The notes: generated by a model not told the origin, from the sequence alone. A stretch of 64,000 nucleotides of DNA from an uncultured bacterium (GCA_963749445.1 CAVVMJ010000003.1:64715-128714); one strand, 5' to 3'. Shown: positions 11,269 through 20,596, counted from the stretch's first letter. A program made the numbers and translations.

Positions 11269-12918
11269 TTATTGTATTTTTAAAATTCTTTTTATTTCAT
11301 CTACCAAAGACTTAATTCTAGGATTTGCCTGGCTCTGTCTTTCCAATTTAGCTAACGCCAGGTTCCTTCTGCTTTCATTAAGTTCTTTAGGGCCTATTCC
11401 TAATTGTAAGCTATCAATTAGCTCTCTCTTATCGCCGGTCTTGCCTTTTAAATTATTTTCCAAAAATGCTTCCATCTTAACCAGCTTTCGTCTGGCACTA
11501 TGTCTCCTGTACCAATAAGCGCCCGCTCCAACTGCCCCCGTTCCTATTGCATAAGGCGCAATATCTTTAGCCAGCCGTTCGTACTTTACCGGCTCGCGGA
11601 ATAAATGGGTGGTTGGCAGTTTCATGGTGTAATCTATTTCTTTCTTGAAAATTGTAAATACTTGCTCCGCCAACGAATTTAATTGGGTAGGCCTATCTAT
11701 TAAATCCGCCATCTGCATAATTATTTGACTCTCCGGTGAAATATTACTATTCCGATCAATTTTCATGCCGTAACTTTCCGGTTTAACTAATACCAAACTT
11801 ACCATCTTTTCTAAAACCCATTCGTAAGCCAAGGTATGCTTATCGCTTGCGTCAGAGGCGGTATTTTGAACCAACATCTCTGATAAAAGGTTGGATAAAG
11901 CGCTGGCCCTAAACTCTGAATACCTCAACTCAGTGAGCATGGCTACCGCTTCCGAACGGAAACTGGCTTTTATTCTAAAGTTTGTAATGCTTGCGGGGTC
12001 TTTTTTGTCTGCAATATTTGGCTGTAAATTCAACCCGTTCTTTAAAGCATAAATATGGCCTGATTCATGCGTAATTGCGCTCTGCTCAATTCTATCCGCG
12101 CTCACATCCTGATTTTTTATTTTTGATTTACACTTCGCGAACGCCACGCTTGCGGCAATCTTGGCTTCGGGTCCGGAGGAATTTTGTTTTATGGCGTTGA
12201 AGATAAACTCATCTGAATAATTAGATAAATCTTTTGTAGAACTGTCAGCTTCGCGAGATTCTGCCAACCTCTTCTCAAATATACCGGAAAAATATATGGC
12301 GTTGCCTCCATCGGTAAATACCGGCTCTTTTTCTGGGGGGACAGGGGCTTTGCCTAATAAATTTTCGTCAATCTCTACAACCGGAATATCTAAATCTTCC
12401 CCCCAATAATTTACCCTTTTGTGGCTGACACTTTTAATTCTAAAAAAGTTAACAATATTATCATTATATCGTTTTAAATTTTTATCGTTCGGTTGCCAAT
12501 CCACATGAAGGACACCGGCATAAACACCGTTATCACCTAAAAACTTTGGCATTTCGTAAGCAAACATCCGATCATAGTTTTCAGGTGAAAATTCCCCAAG
12601 TGTTGGCATATATTTTTTTATAGAATCAAAAAGCTTCTTTTTAAAAGCAAGAATTTTTTGTCGGGGTGCATCTGTATTAAGATACCTTTCAAAGTAGTCG
12701 TTTTGCCAATTAACAAATAAGCTAATAAGTTCTTGGACTCGAGGTGATATTTCCGGCCGACTTTCAAGCTCAAGGGTTCGTAGGTAATGAGCCGAATACT
12801 CTTCAATATAGGAAGAATAATTTTGGGATCCTGATTCTTGGGCGCTTAATTCTGGGCCAAAAACGTCAGATCCCGCGGCTAAAATTTTTAGAAAATCTCT
12901 TCGGTCAAATTCTGGCAT
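11269..12918 (-). CDS. Hypothetical protein with HExxH metallopeptidase motif
   Basis: RRDFLK N-terminus, THESGH plus downstream SEAVA, C-terminal TM helix; AT-rich. Confidence 0.65.
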   Translation of the reverse strand: MPEFDRRDFLKILAAGSDVFGPELSAQESGSQNYSSYIEEYSAHYLRTLELESRPEISPRVQELISLFVNWQNDYFERYLNTDAPRQKILAFKKKLFDSIKKYMPTLGEFSPENYDRMFAYEMPKFLGDNGVYAGVLHVDWQPNDKNLKRYNDNIVNFFRIKSVSHKRVNYWGEDLDIPVVEIDENLLGKAPVPPEKEPVFTDGGNAIYFSGIFEKRLAESREADSSTKDLSNYSDEFIFNAIKQNSSGPEAKIAASVAFAKCKSKIKNQDVSADRIEQSAITHESGHIYALKNGLNLQPNIADKKDPASITNFRIKASFRSEAVAMLTELRYSEFRASALSNLLSEMLVQNTASDASDKHTLAYEWVLEKMVSLVLVKPESYGMKIDRNSNISPESQIIMQMADLIDRPTQLNSLAEQVFTIFKKEIDYTMKLPTTHLFREPVKYERLAKDIAPYAIGTGAVGAGAYWYRRHSARRKLVKMEAFLENNLKGKTGDKRELIDSLQLGIGPKELNESRRNLALAKLERQSQANPRIKSLVDEIKRILKIQ

Positions 12919-13027
12919 AATACAATGCTAATGTTTTTTATATTATACAGCAATTTAGCTATATATAAAACATAAAATTCTTTACCTGCCTGCTTAAAAA
13001 ATCCAAAACCGCCCGAAAAAGGGCGGC

Positions 13028-13276
13028 CTAAGGTTTTATTCTGTTGATTAAATTTTCTTTCTTAATACGTGACCATTTCTTGACTTGGGTTTCCCGGCGT
13101 ATTGCTTCGGTTAAAGTATTAAAATTCTCGAAATAGACAATTGCCCTGCCACCGTGGACTTCAGTGTATCGTGCTCCTCGACCGGTATTATGTCGGCTTT
13201 CTCTTTGAGAAAGTTCGTTAGTACTGCCGCAGTATAAAGTTCCGTCAGAGCAACGAAAGATGTAGAAGTAAAACAT
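13028..13276 (-). CDS. GIY-YIG nuclease (UPF0213/YhbQ-like), 82 aa
   Basis: YFYIFRCSDGTLYCGSTN...R...HNTGRGARYT...RE.QVKKWSR..KE; start set at ATG 13276. Confidence 0.88.
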   Translation of the reverse strand: MFYFYIFRCSDGTLYCGSTNELSQRESRHNTGRGARYTEVHGGRAIVYFENFNTLTEAIRRETQVKKWSRIKKENLINRIKP

Positions 13277-13407
13277 ATTAGTTTCTCGACTCGTCTCTTC
13301 GCTCCTCACTCGAAACACTCGACTCGCTTCGAAGTTGGTGGATGGGTTGAGGCTCCAGCAGAACCGAAACCACGAGCGAGCTTTGACGTCAGTCAAAGCG
13401 AGTCGAG

Positions 13408-13482
13408 TGGTAGCGCTACAGGGAGTCGGACCCTGATTCTCAGCTTGAAAAGCTGATGTCCTAACCGTTAGACGATAGCGCC
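13408..13482 (-). tRNA. tRNA-Glu (TTC)
   Basis: GGCGCTA acceptor, TCAGC-TTTTCAA-GCTGA anticodon arm, CAGGG-TCCGACT-CCCTG T arm, encoded CCA. Confidence 0.93.
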
Positions 13483-13615
13483 GTATAAGTCATAAGTTGA
13501 AAGTATAAAGTTTCAAGTTGTCGGAACTTTTGATATTTTAACATAAATGTCTGATTTTTTCAAGGGTTTTCCCGGGGTGGCTAAACCTGTTATAATTACC
13601 GTGTAAGGACTGTTT

Positions 13616-14212
13616 ATGCTCAAAACCATATTTTTTGACTGCGACGGGGTGGTGATCTTAAGTAGGCAAAGATTTACGGACAAATTTGCCAAGGAATTTG
13701 ACGTGCCGTCCCAAAAAATCAAGCCGTTTTTTGAAGGCGAGTTTTTGCATTGCAAACTCGGGCGGGCGGACTTAAAGCAGGAACTGCAAAAATATCTGCC
13801 GGCCTGGGGATGGACAAAATCCGCGGACGAACTGCTCGCGTACTGGTTTGCCAACGAAAATTCAGCCGACAGACAACTGGTGGATTACATAAGGGGGCTG
13901 CGTGCCCGGGGCATCCGCTGCTTTTTGGCCGCCAACCAGGAAAAATACCGCTCGGAATATCTTTATTACCATTTGGCCTTAAGCACTATTTTTGATGATT
14001 TTTTCCCTTCCTACCGTGTCGGGTTTTTAAAGACCCAGCGGGAATTTTGGCAGGCGGTTTACAATTTTAACATGGGCAACAGCCGGCAAGTGCTGGCCGT
14101 GGATGACGATCCCGATGCCGTGGACGCCGCCAGGAAATTCGGCTTTTACGGCCATGCCTATACTACTTTTGACGGCCTGCAGGCTGAGGTGGAAAACCTG
14201 CTCAGGCTCTGA
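13616..14212 (+). CDS. HAD family hydrolase
   Basis: FFDCDGVV motif I, K, VDDD motif IV. Confidence 0.85.
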   Translation: MLKTIFFDCDGVVILSRQRFTDKFAKEFDVPSQKIKPFFEGEFLHCKLGRADLKQELQKYLPAWGWTKSADELLAYWFANENSADRQLVDYIRGLRARGIRCFLAANQEKYRSEYLYYHLALSTIFDDFFPSYRVGFLKTQREFWQAVYNFNMGNSRQVLAVDDDPDAVDAARKFGFYGHAYTTFDGLQAEVENLLRL

Positions 14213-14221
14213 TATAATGCT

Positions 14222-15295
14222 TTGATGCAACAAGCGCCGGGTAAAATTATTTTAGCTATTGAAACCAGCTGCGACGAAACGGCCGCGGCTGTTTTAAGCT
14301 TGCGCAACAATAAACATTGGCCAAGAATAAAAACCCTGTCTTCAATCGTTAAATCCCAAATCTCCATTCATAAATCATTCGGCGGCGTGGTGCCGGAAGC
14401 GGCCGCGCGGGCGCATGTTAAATATATCCGGTCGGTGGCAGAAAAAACGATTAACGATGCACAGTTAACGATTAACGACGTTGATTATATTGCCGTAACG
14501 GCCGGACCCGGCTTAGTTCCCTCGCTGATTGTGGGCGTGGAGTTTGCCAAAGGCCTGTCTTTCGCGCTCAATAAACCCATTATCCCGGTTAACCATATGC
14601 TCGGCCACTTGTATTCGCCGTTTGGTCGGCTAAACGCTAAACGCTATCCGCTAAACGCTAATTTATTTCCGATAATATCCCTGATAGTTTCCGGCGGCCA
14701 CACTATGCTGGTGTTGCAAAAAAATATCCGCGATTATAAAATTATTGGCCAAACCGTGGACGACGCGGCCGGCGAAGCGTTTGATAAAGTGGCCAAACTT
14801 TTAGGCCTGCCCTATCCGGGCGGGCCGGAAGTAAGCAAACTGGCGGAAAAAGGAAATCCTTTAGCCATTAATTTTCCGCGACCGATGATAAACGCGAAAA
14901 ATTATAATTTTTCTTTTTCCGGTTTAAAAACCGCGGTGCTGTATTATGTGCAGTCACTTAGCCCTAAACCCTTAGCCCTTAGCCCTAAAACAGACATTTG
15001 CGCCAGCTTCCAGCAGGCCGCGGTTGACGTGCTGGTATCCAAAACCCTGCGCGCCGCTAAAGAATTCAAAGCGCAATCAATATCCCTGTCCGGCGGCGTT
15101 TCCGCCAACCAGTTGCTTCGCAAGGAGTTAAAGGCCAAATGTCAAAAGTCAAATGTCAATTTCTTCGCCCCTCCCCGGCATCTAACCACGGACAACGCCG
15201 AAATGATAGGCCTGGCCGCCTGCTTTATGCTGCATAACGGCTACCGGCCCAGATCTTACAAAAACATTAAAGCCGACCCGAATTTGACATTGTAA
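14222..15295 (+). CDS. tsaD: tRNA N6-threonylcarbamoyltransferase TsaD
   Basis: LAIETSCDET, GGVVPE, NHMLGH, SGGHT, DDAAGEAFDK, FSFSGLKT, TDNAEMI. Confidence 0.95.
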   Translation: MMQQAPGKIILAIETSCDETAAAVLSLRNNKHWPRIKTLSSIVKSQISIHKSFGGVVPEAAARAHVKYIRSVAEKTINDAQLTINDVDYIAVTAGPGLVPSLIVGVEFAKGLSFALNKPIIPVNHMLGHLYSPFGRLNAKRYPLNANLFPIISLIVSGGHTMLVLQKNIRDYKIIGQTVDDAAGEAFDKVAKLLGLPYPGGPEVSKLAEKGNPLAINFPRPMINAKNYNFSFSGLKTAVLYYVQSLSPKPLALSPKTDICASFQQAAVDVLVSKTLRAAKEFKAQSISLSGGVSANQLLRKELKAKCQKSNVNFFAPPRHLTTDNAEMIGLAACFMLHNGYRPRSYKNIKADPNLTL

Positions 15296-15311
15296 ATAAA
15301 TTTGCTACACT
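15284..15311 (+). promoter_or_regulatory. Promoter of serA leader
   Basis: TTGACA (15284-89), 16-nt spacer, extended -10 TGcTACACT; the leader ATG lies 7 nt downstream (leaderless). Confidence 0.7.
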
Positions 15312-15317
15312 TAATTT

Positions 15318-15392
15318 ATGATCAAGTCCCGCTTACATTTTTTGGTTAATTTTTCTTCCTCCTCTACCAACCTCGGCTGCTGGCTTGGTTAA
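15318..15392 (+). CDS. Putative serA attenuator leader peptide (24 aa, poly-Ser)
   Basis: MIKSRLHFLVNFSSSSTNLGCWLG*; TCT TCC TCC TCT at 15354-15365. Confidence 0.75.
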   Translation: MIKSRLHFLVNFSSSSTNLGCWLG

Positions 15393-15441
15393 TTTTTGAT
15401 TTTACAAAAATTACCTCGGCGAGCAGCCGAGGTTTTTGTTT
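15366..15441 (+). promoter_or_regulatory. Attenuator: protector / antiterminator / terminator
   Basis: Terminator ACCTCGGC-GAGCA-GCCGAGGT-TTTTGTTT (15413-15441); 15369-15381 is the perfect 13-nt complement of 15422-15434. Confidence 0.78.
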
Positions 15442-15476
15442 ATGGCCAGCTCGAAATTTCCATGGAGGAAATAATA

Positions 15477-16664
15477 GTGAGAATTCTTCTGTTAGAAGAC
15501 ATTGATCGTGTTGCCCGGCAAATGTTCCAAAAGGCTGGACACGAGGTCGTAGAGATCCGTCACGCTCTCGCACCCGGAGAGCTCGCGAAATATAAAGCGG
15601 ATGTCATAGGAGTCCGCTCTGGAACGCAGGTTACCGAGGAGGTTTTCCGCCATCATCCGCGGCTGGTTGTGGCCGCGTATTGCATCGGCACGGATAAAAT
15701 CGACTTGCAAGCCTGTGAAAACAATGGCTGCGTCACATTCCACGACCGATACAGCAACGGCCGAAGCGTTACCGAGCTTTGTATGTTCTACATCGGCATA
15801 CTGCTCCGCCAGCTGCTGATCAAGAACCGGCAAACACACGAAGGAATTTGGGACAAAAGGGCGAAGGATGCCCATGAGGTACGCGGCAAAAGGCTGGGAA
15901 TTATAGGCTATGGCAACATCGGCCAGCAGGTCGGCAGCCTTGCCGAAGCAATGGGAATGAAAGTGGGATTCTTTGACCTTGCGGAACGGCCAGCGTTGGG
16001 CAACGCGCGCAAATATTCCACCATGGACAAATTGCTCGCAAACTCCGACGTGGTAACCATTCACGTCGACGGTAGGGACGGAAACCGCAACCGGTTCGGG
16101 GTCGCCGAAATAGAAAAAATGAGGAAAAGAGCGTACTTCATAAACCTAAGCAGGGGCTTTGTAGTACACGAAGACGCTCTGGCGAAAGCGATCACCTCCG
16201 GGCATTTAGCCGGCGCCGCATTAGATGTACACCGCAACGAACCAAAGAATGGGGAAAAATTCCATAGCCCCCTACAGGGTTTGGACAATGTTATCCTCAC
16301 TTCCCATATCGGCGGCAGTACCAGAGAAGCTCAGCGCGCGATCGGAAAAGGCACGACCCAACGGGTATTGGACTATCTGGATAAAGGGTTCGTTCAGTTA
16401 AGCCCTAGTTTCCCGCAAAAGAGTTTTACCGACTCCTTGCTTCCAGGTACGGCCAGGATCATCTATATCCATTGGAACGAACCCGGCCAGATTGGCGCAG
16501 CCGGGAAAGTCCTGGCAAATCACCAGGCAAATATAGTTAATCCGCGTCTGTTGGTCAACGAACGAATTGGTTTTGCCGTCTTTGATGTCCAGGTATTAAA
16601 GACGGGCGGTATTGTGAGGGACCTGGAAAAACTGCCCGGCGCCATCCGGGCCAGGATTCTCTAA
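15477..16664 (+). CDS. serA: D-3-phosphoglycerate dehydrogenase with C-terminal ACT domain
   Basis: GGAGG RBS plus GTG; GVRSGTQVT, CIGTD, EVRGKRLGIIGYGNIG, INLSRG, TSHIGGST; ACT-like HWNEPG. Confidence 0.88.
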   Translation: MRILLLEDIDRVARQMFQKAGHEVVEIRHALAPGELAKYKADVIGVRSGTQVTEEVFRHHPRLVVAAYCIGTDKIDLQACENNGCVTFHDRYSNGRSVTELCMFYIGILLRQLLIKNRQTHEGIWDKRAKDAHEVRGKRLGIIGYGNIGQQVGSLAEAMGMKVGFFDLAERPALGNARKYSTMDKLLANSDVVTIHVDGRDGNRNRFGVAEIEKMRKRAYFINLSRGFVVHEDALAKAITSGHLAGAALDVHRNEPKNGEKFHSPLQGLDNVILTSHIGGSTREAQRAIGKGTTQRVLDYLDKGFVQLSPSFPQKSFTDSLLPGTARIIYIHWNEPGQIGAAGKVLANHQANIVNPRLLVNERIGFAVFDVQVLKTGGIVRDLEKLPGAIRARIL

Positions 16665-16759
16665 CCCGCAATGAATGGGGAGACAGAGCCACGCGCCTTG
16701 CCTCCCCATCCCCCCTTTACACTTTTCGCTTTTCGCTTTAAACTTAGCTTAAGCTTATG

Positions 16760-16944
16760 TTCCGGCTGTCACCCGGAGGCTACACGAAGCCTTGGCGTAG
16801 TGTAGCGGAGCGCCGGAAGAAATTCATCGGCAGATGAAAAATAGACCCGGCCGGCAATCAACCGTTATCTGATAAAATTAAGCAAATTTGAGATGGTACC
16901 GCCCGCGAGGGCTCTCAACACCCTTTTTTGGGTGTTTTTATTTT
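16760..16944 (+). ncRNA. T-box riboswitch (probably Val)
   Basis: Antiterminator TTGAGA-TGGTACC-GCCC-GCGA-GGGC-TCTCAA (16888-16918), CCGTTA (16862-67), terminator AACACCC-T6-GGGTGTT-TTTATTTT; valS downstream. Confidence 0.8.
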
Positions 16945-17253
16945 ATGAATACCAAAAGTTTTTTATTGCACTTTTTTCATTTTGCGATTATCGTCGCTTG
17001 TTGGACTTCGCCTTTCTATTTGGCCTGGCAGATTATTTTTATATTGATTGTCTTTTATTATCTGCAAAATATATTTTTGGGCGGGTGTGTAATAAGCAAA
17101 TTGCAATTTGGAAATAATGACGAAACTATGTATTCTTATTTCCTTACTAAACTGAAAATTAATTACAACAAGAAAAAATTACGGTTTATTACCGACCACA
17201 TCTTCCCTTGGCTGATTTTACTCATTGCCTTGTGGTACCAAAAAATCTTATAG
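16945..17253 (+). CDS. Small membrane protein (DUF2784-like)
   Basis: H...I...W, GGCVISKLQ motif, 3 TM; AT-rich. Confidence 0.65.
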   Translation: MNTKSFLLHFFHFAIIVACWTSPFYLAWQIIFILIVFYYLQNIFLGGCVISKLQFGNNDETMYSYFLTKLKINYNKKKLRFITDHIFPWLILLIALWYQKIL

Positions 17254-17262
17254 CTTAATATT

Positions 17263-18087
17263 ATGGCCAATATCATCACCAACAAAATAATTAGGCAGCT
17301 CTCTTTGCCCAAACCCAACTCCCATAAGCGGGACAACGGCAGACTTTTGATTGTGGCAGGGCTGGAACAAAAATATTTTGGCGCTTTGCTCTATTCCATA
17401 ATAACCGCTTCGCGCATAGCCGATTTGGTTTATTTAGTCACCGCGCCGGAAAATAAAAAGTTAATAGAAAAACTGCGGGTTGCCACGGCTGAATTTATGC
17501 CCATCCGCACGCTGGTAAGCGGACGCGCAACCAAAGATATTGACGCGATTTTAATAGGCCCAGGCATGGGAGCAACGGCCACAACCAAAAAATTAACATC
17601 CATAATCCTAAAATCCGGGCAAAAAGCCGTGCTGGACGCGGACGCTTTAAATGTACTTGATAATAAACTAAAAAAATATTTATCGCCGCTGAATATTTTA
17701 ACTCCGCACCACAGAGAATTTTATCGGCTATTTCATATAACACCAACCGCGGAAAACGCCTCAAAAATGGCCAAAAAATATCGCTGCACTATTATATTAA
17801 AAGGGCCGGCTGATGTTGTCGCCTCGCCTAACGGAAAAATTGCTTTAAATAAAACCGGAAACGCGGGGATGACCAAAGGCGGTACCGGCGATGTACTGGC
17901 CGGATTAATCGCCGCCATTTATACTACCAATGACGCATTTACATCCGCCGCGGCCGGAGTTTACCTCAACGGTGCGGCCGGCGATGATTTGCATAAAAAA
18001 GTCGGCACGTTTTATAACGCCGAGGATTTGGCGAATCAAATTCCCCACACTTTACATCAATTGATAAAAAAATCCCATATTTCTTAA
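17263..18087 (+). CDS. nnrD: ADP-dependent NAD(P)H-hydrate dehydratase
   Basis: SHKRDNGRLLIVAG, IGPGMG, LDADAL, LTPHHREF, LKG, GGTGDVLAG. Confidence 0.92.
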   Translation: MANIITNKIIRQLSLPKPNSHKRDNGRLLIVAGLEQKYFGALLYSIITASRIADLVYLVTAPENKKLIEKLRVATAEFMPIRTLVSGRATKDIDAILIGPGMGATATTKKLTSIILKSGQKAVLDADALNVLDNKLKKYLSPLNILTPHHREFYRLFHITPTAENASKMAKKYRCTIILKGPADVVASPNGKIALNKTGNAGMTKGGTGDVLAGLIAAIYTTNDAFTSAAAGVYLNGAAGDDLHKKVGTFYNAEDLANQIPHTLHQLIKKSHIS

Positions 18088-18137
18088 AATCACGGCCGTG
18101 ATTTTAAGAAATAACGTAATTTTATGATTGAAATTTT

Positions 18138-20330
18138 ATGATTGAACTCGAAAAAACCTACGACCACAGCAAAGTCGAAGATAAAATTTACAAACAGTGG
18201 ACGGACTCGGGATTTTTTAATCCCGACAATTTACCAGATGCGGACAAGCGCGAACCGTACAGCATTTCCCTGCCGCCGCCGAACGTGACCGGCGTTTTGC
18301 ATATGGGGCACGCATTTGAAAATACCATCCAAGACAGCATAATCCGCTACCAACGGATGAAGGGTAAACGCGCGCTTTGGCTGCCCGGCACCGACCACGC
18401 GGCCATTGCCACGCAGGCTAAATTTGAAAAAGAGCATTACAAAAAACATGAAAAGTCGCGCCATGACTATTCACGCGAAGAATTTTTCAACATGATCCAA
18501 AAATTTGCCCTGGCAAACCAACAGGGAATTTTATCACAACTCCATAAGCTGGGACTGTCTTTGGATTGGAGCAGGCTGGCTTTTACCTTGGACAAAGACC
18601 GCGAATTGGCCGTACGAACTGCTTTTAAAAAAATGTACGAAACCGGGCTGATTTACCGCGGCCACCGCCTGGTCAACTGGGATCCCAAAGCCCAGACTAC
18701 GGTTTCGGATGACGAGATTGAATGGCAGGAAGAAAAAGCGCCGCTTTATTATCTAAAGTATGGCCCGTTCACCATTGCCACGGCCCGGCCGGAAACCAAA
18801 TTTGGCGACAAGTACGTGGTCATGCATCCGGACGACAAGCGCTATAAACAATACAAGCAAGGCGACAAATTGGAACTGGAATGGATTAACGGGCCCGTCA
18901 CCGCGACCATTATCAAAGATAAAGTTATCGATATGGAATTCGGCTCAGGTTGTATGACTATTACACCCTGGCACGATGCCGTAGACTTTGAACTTGCCCA
19001 GCGCCATAAGTTGGATAGCGAACAAATTATTGACGAGCGCGGCATTTTGCTGCCTATTGCCGGGGAATTTGCGGGGGAACACATTAAAAAAGCCAGGCCG
19101 AAAGTCGTAGAAAAACTGCGGGCTAAAGGCCTAATAGAAAAAATAGAAGAGAGTTACGTTCACCGTATCGCCACCAATATGCGCGGCGGCGGGATTATAG
19201 AGCCTCAAATAAAATTGCAGTGGTTTATTGACGTCAACAAAAAATTTATTTTGGAAAATTCCAAAATTTCCGGCATTCCCTCCGGCAGCAAAACCACGTT
19301 AAAGGACATAATGAAAAAAACCGTGGGAAGCGGCCAAATAAAAATTATGCCGGAACGGTTTGAAAAAATATATTTCCATTGGATAGACAACTTGCGCGAT
19401 TGGTGCATTAGCCGGCAAATAATTTACGGCCACCAAATCCCGGTATGGTATAAAAATGAGGAAATTTACTGCGGAACAGAAGTTCCAAAAGGCAAAGGCT
19501 GGATCCAAGATACCGACACGCTTGATACATGGTTTTCTTCGGGCCTGTGGACTTTTTCCACCCTCGGGTGGCCCAATAATACCCAAGACATGCGTCTATA
19601 TCACCCAACTTCCGTAATGATGCCGGGATACGAAATCTTATTCTTTTGGGTTGCGCGCATGATTTTAATGAGCGGGTTTCTGCTTGGCGACATTCCGTTC
19701 CGCCAAGTCTATCTGCACGGCATAGTGCGCGACAGTAAAGGTCAAAAATTCAGCAAGTCCTTAAACAACGGCATTGACCCGCTGGAAATGACCGCCAAAT
19801 ACGGCACCGACGCTTTACGTATGGCTATGGTTTTCGGCGCGGCGCCGGGCAATGACGTAATTTTTGACGAGCAAAAAGTCAAAGGCATGAAGCACTTTGG
19901 CAATAAGCTTTGGAATATTGCGCGGTTTATTTTAGTAAATGATGTTCCCTCCTCCCCTGGCGAGGGGAGGATGTCCGCCGGAGGCGGACAGGAGAGGTTG
20001 CAGCCAATGACTGACGCTGACCGTGCTATTCTTGCCAAGCTCGACGCCACTATCAAGAATGTAACCGATCATTTGGACAACTTCCTCTTGCATGAAGCCG
20101 CTCAGGAAATTTACCAGTTTACCTGGCACGAATTCGCGGATATTTACATTGAGGCCAGCAAAAAACAGTTGGCCGATGAAAAGTTAAGAAAATCCACACT
20201 TTCCACTTTACGCTTTTCACTTTTAACTATCCTTAAACTTCTTCATCCGTTCATGCCCTTTGTCACCGAGGAAATCTGGTCAAAATTAAAGCAAAAAGGA
20301 TTATTAATCGTGGCCGATTGGCCAAAATAA
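18138..20330 (+). CDS. valS: Valine--tRNA ligase (short form lacking the C-terminal coiled coil)
   Basis: PPPNVTGVLHMGH, DHAAIATQ, DWCISRQ, DTWFSSGLW, KFSKS. Confidence 0.95.
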   Translation: MIELEKTYDHSKVEDKIYKQWTDSGFFNPDNLPDADKREPYSISLPPPNVTGVLHMGHAFENTIQDSIIRYQRMKGKRALWLPGTDHAAIATQAKFEKEHYKKHEKSRHDYSREEFFNMIQKFALANQQGILSQLHKLGLSLDWSRLAFTLDKDRELAVRTAFKKMYETGLIYRGHRLVNWDPKAQTTVSDDEIEWQEEKAPLYYLKYGPFTIATARPETKFGDKYVVMHPDDKRYKQYKQGDKLELEWINGPVTATIIKDKVIDMEFGSGCMTITPWHDAVDFELAQRHKLDSEQIIDERGILLPIAGEFAGEHIKKARPKVVEKLRAKGLIEKIEESYVHRIATNMRGGGIIEPQIKLQWFIDVNKKFILENSKISGIPSGSKTTLKDIMKKTVGSGQIKIMPERFEKIYFHWIDNLRDWCISRQIIYGHQIPVWYKNEEIYCGTEVPKGKGWIQDTDTLDTWFSSGLWTFSTLGWPNNTQDMRLYHPTSVMMPGYEILFFWVARMILMSGFLLGDIPFRQVYLHGIVRDSKGQKFSKSLNNGIDPLEMTAKYGTDALRMAMVFGAAPGNDVIFDEQKVKGMKHFGNKLWNIARFILVNDVPSSPGEGRMSAGGGQERLQPMTDADRAILAKLDATIKNVTDHLDNFLLHEAAQEIYQFTWHEFADIYIEASKKQLADEKLRKSTLSTLRFSLLTILKLLHPFMPFVTEEIWSKLKQKGLLIVADWPK

Positions 20331-20334
20331 ATTT

Positions 20335-20592
20335 ATGAAATATAGCGAGCAACATTTCCTCTCAATAGAAAAAGACATTCCAAGGGAAACCAAACACCCT
20401 GATTTTCAAGAAGGAGATCTAATTATTTGCCCTTCGGATCTTACAAGCATCAAATGGCGGATTGTTCATGTCGGACCAAAAAGAAATTACTTTGCCCAAG
20501 TCGCAGAAGGTCAAGTGTACCCAAGCACAAATTACCCAGAAGAGATTGAAATTACTCACCGCGCCGCAAAAAAATGGAAAAAAGTTCAATAA
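20335..20592 (+). CDS. Hypothetical protein
   Basis: ORF directly after valS, ends before terminator. Confidence 0.55.
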   Translation: MKYSEQHFLSIEKDIPRETKHPDFQEGDLIICPSDLTSIKWRIVHVGPKRNYFAQVAEGQVYPSTNYPEEIEITHRAAKKWKKVQ

Positions 20593-20596
20593 TTTT

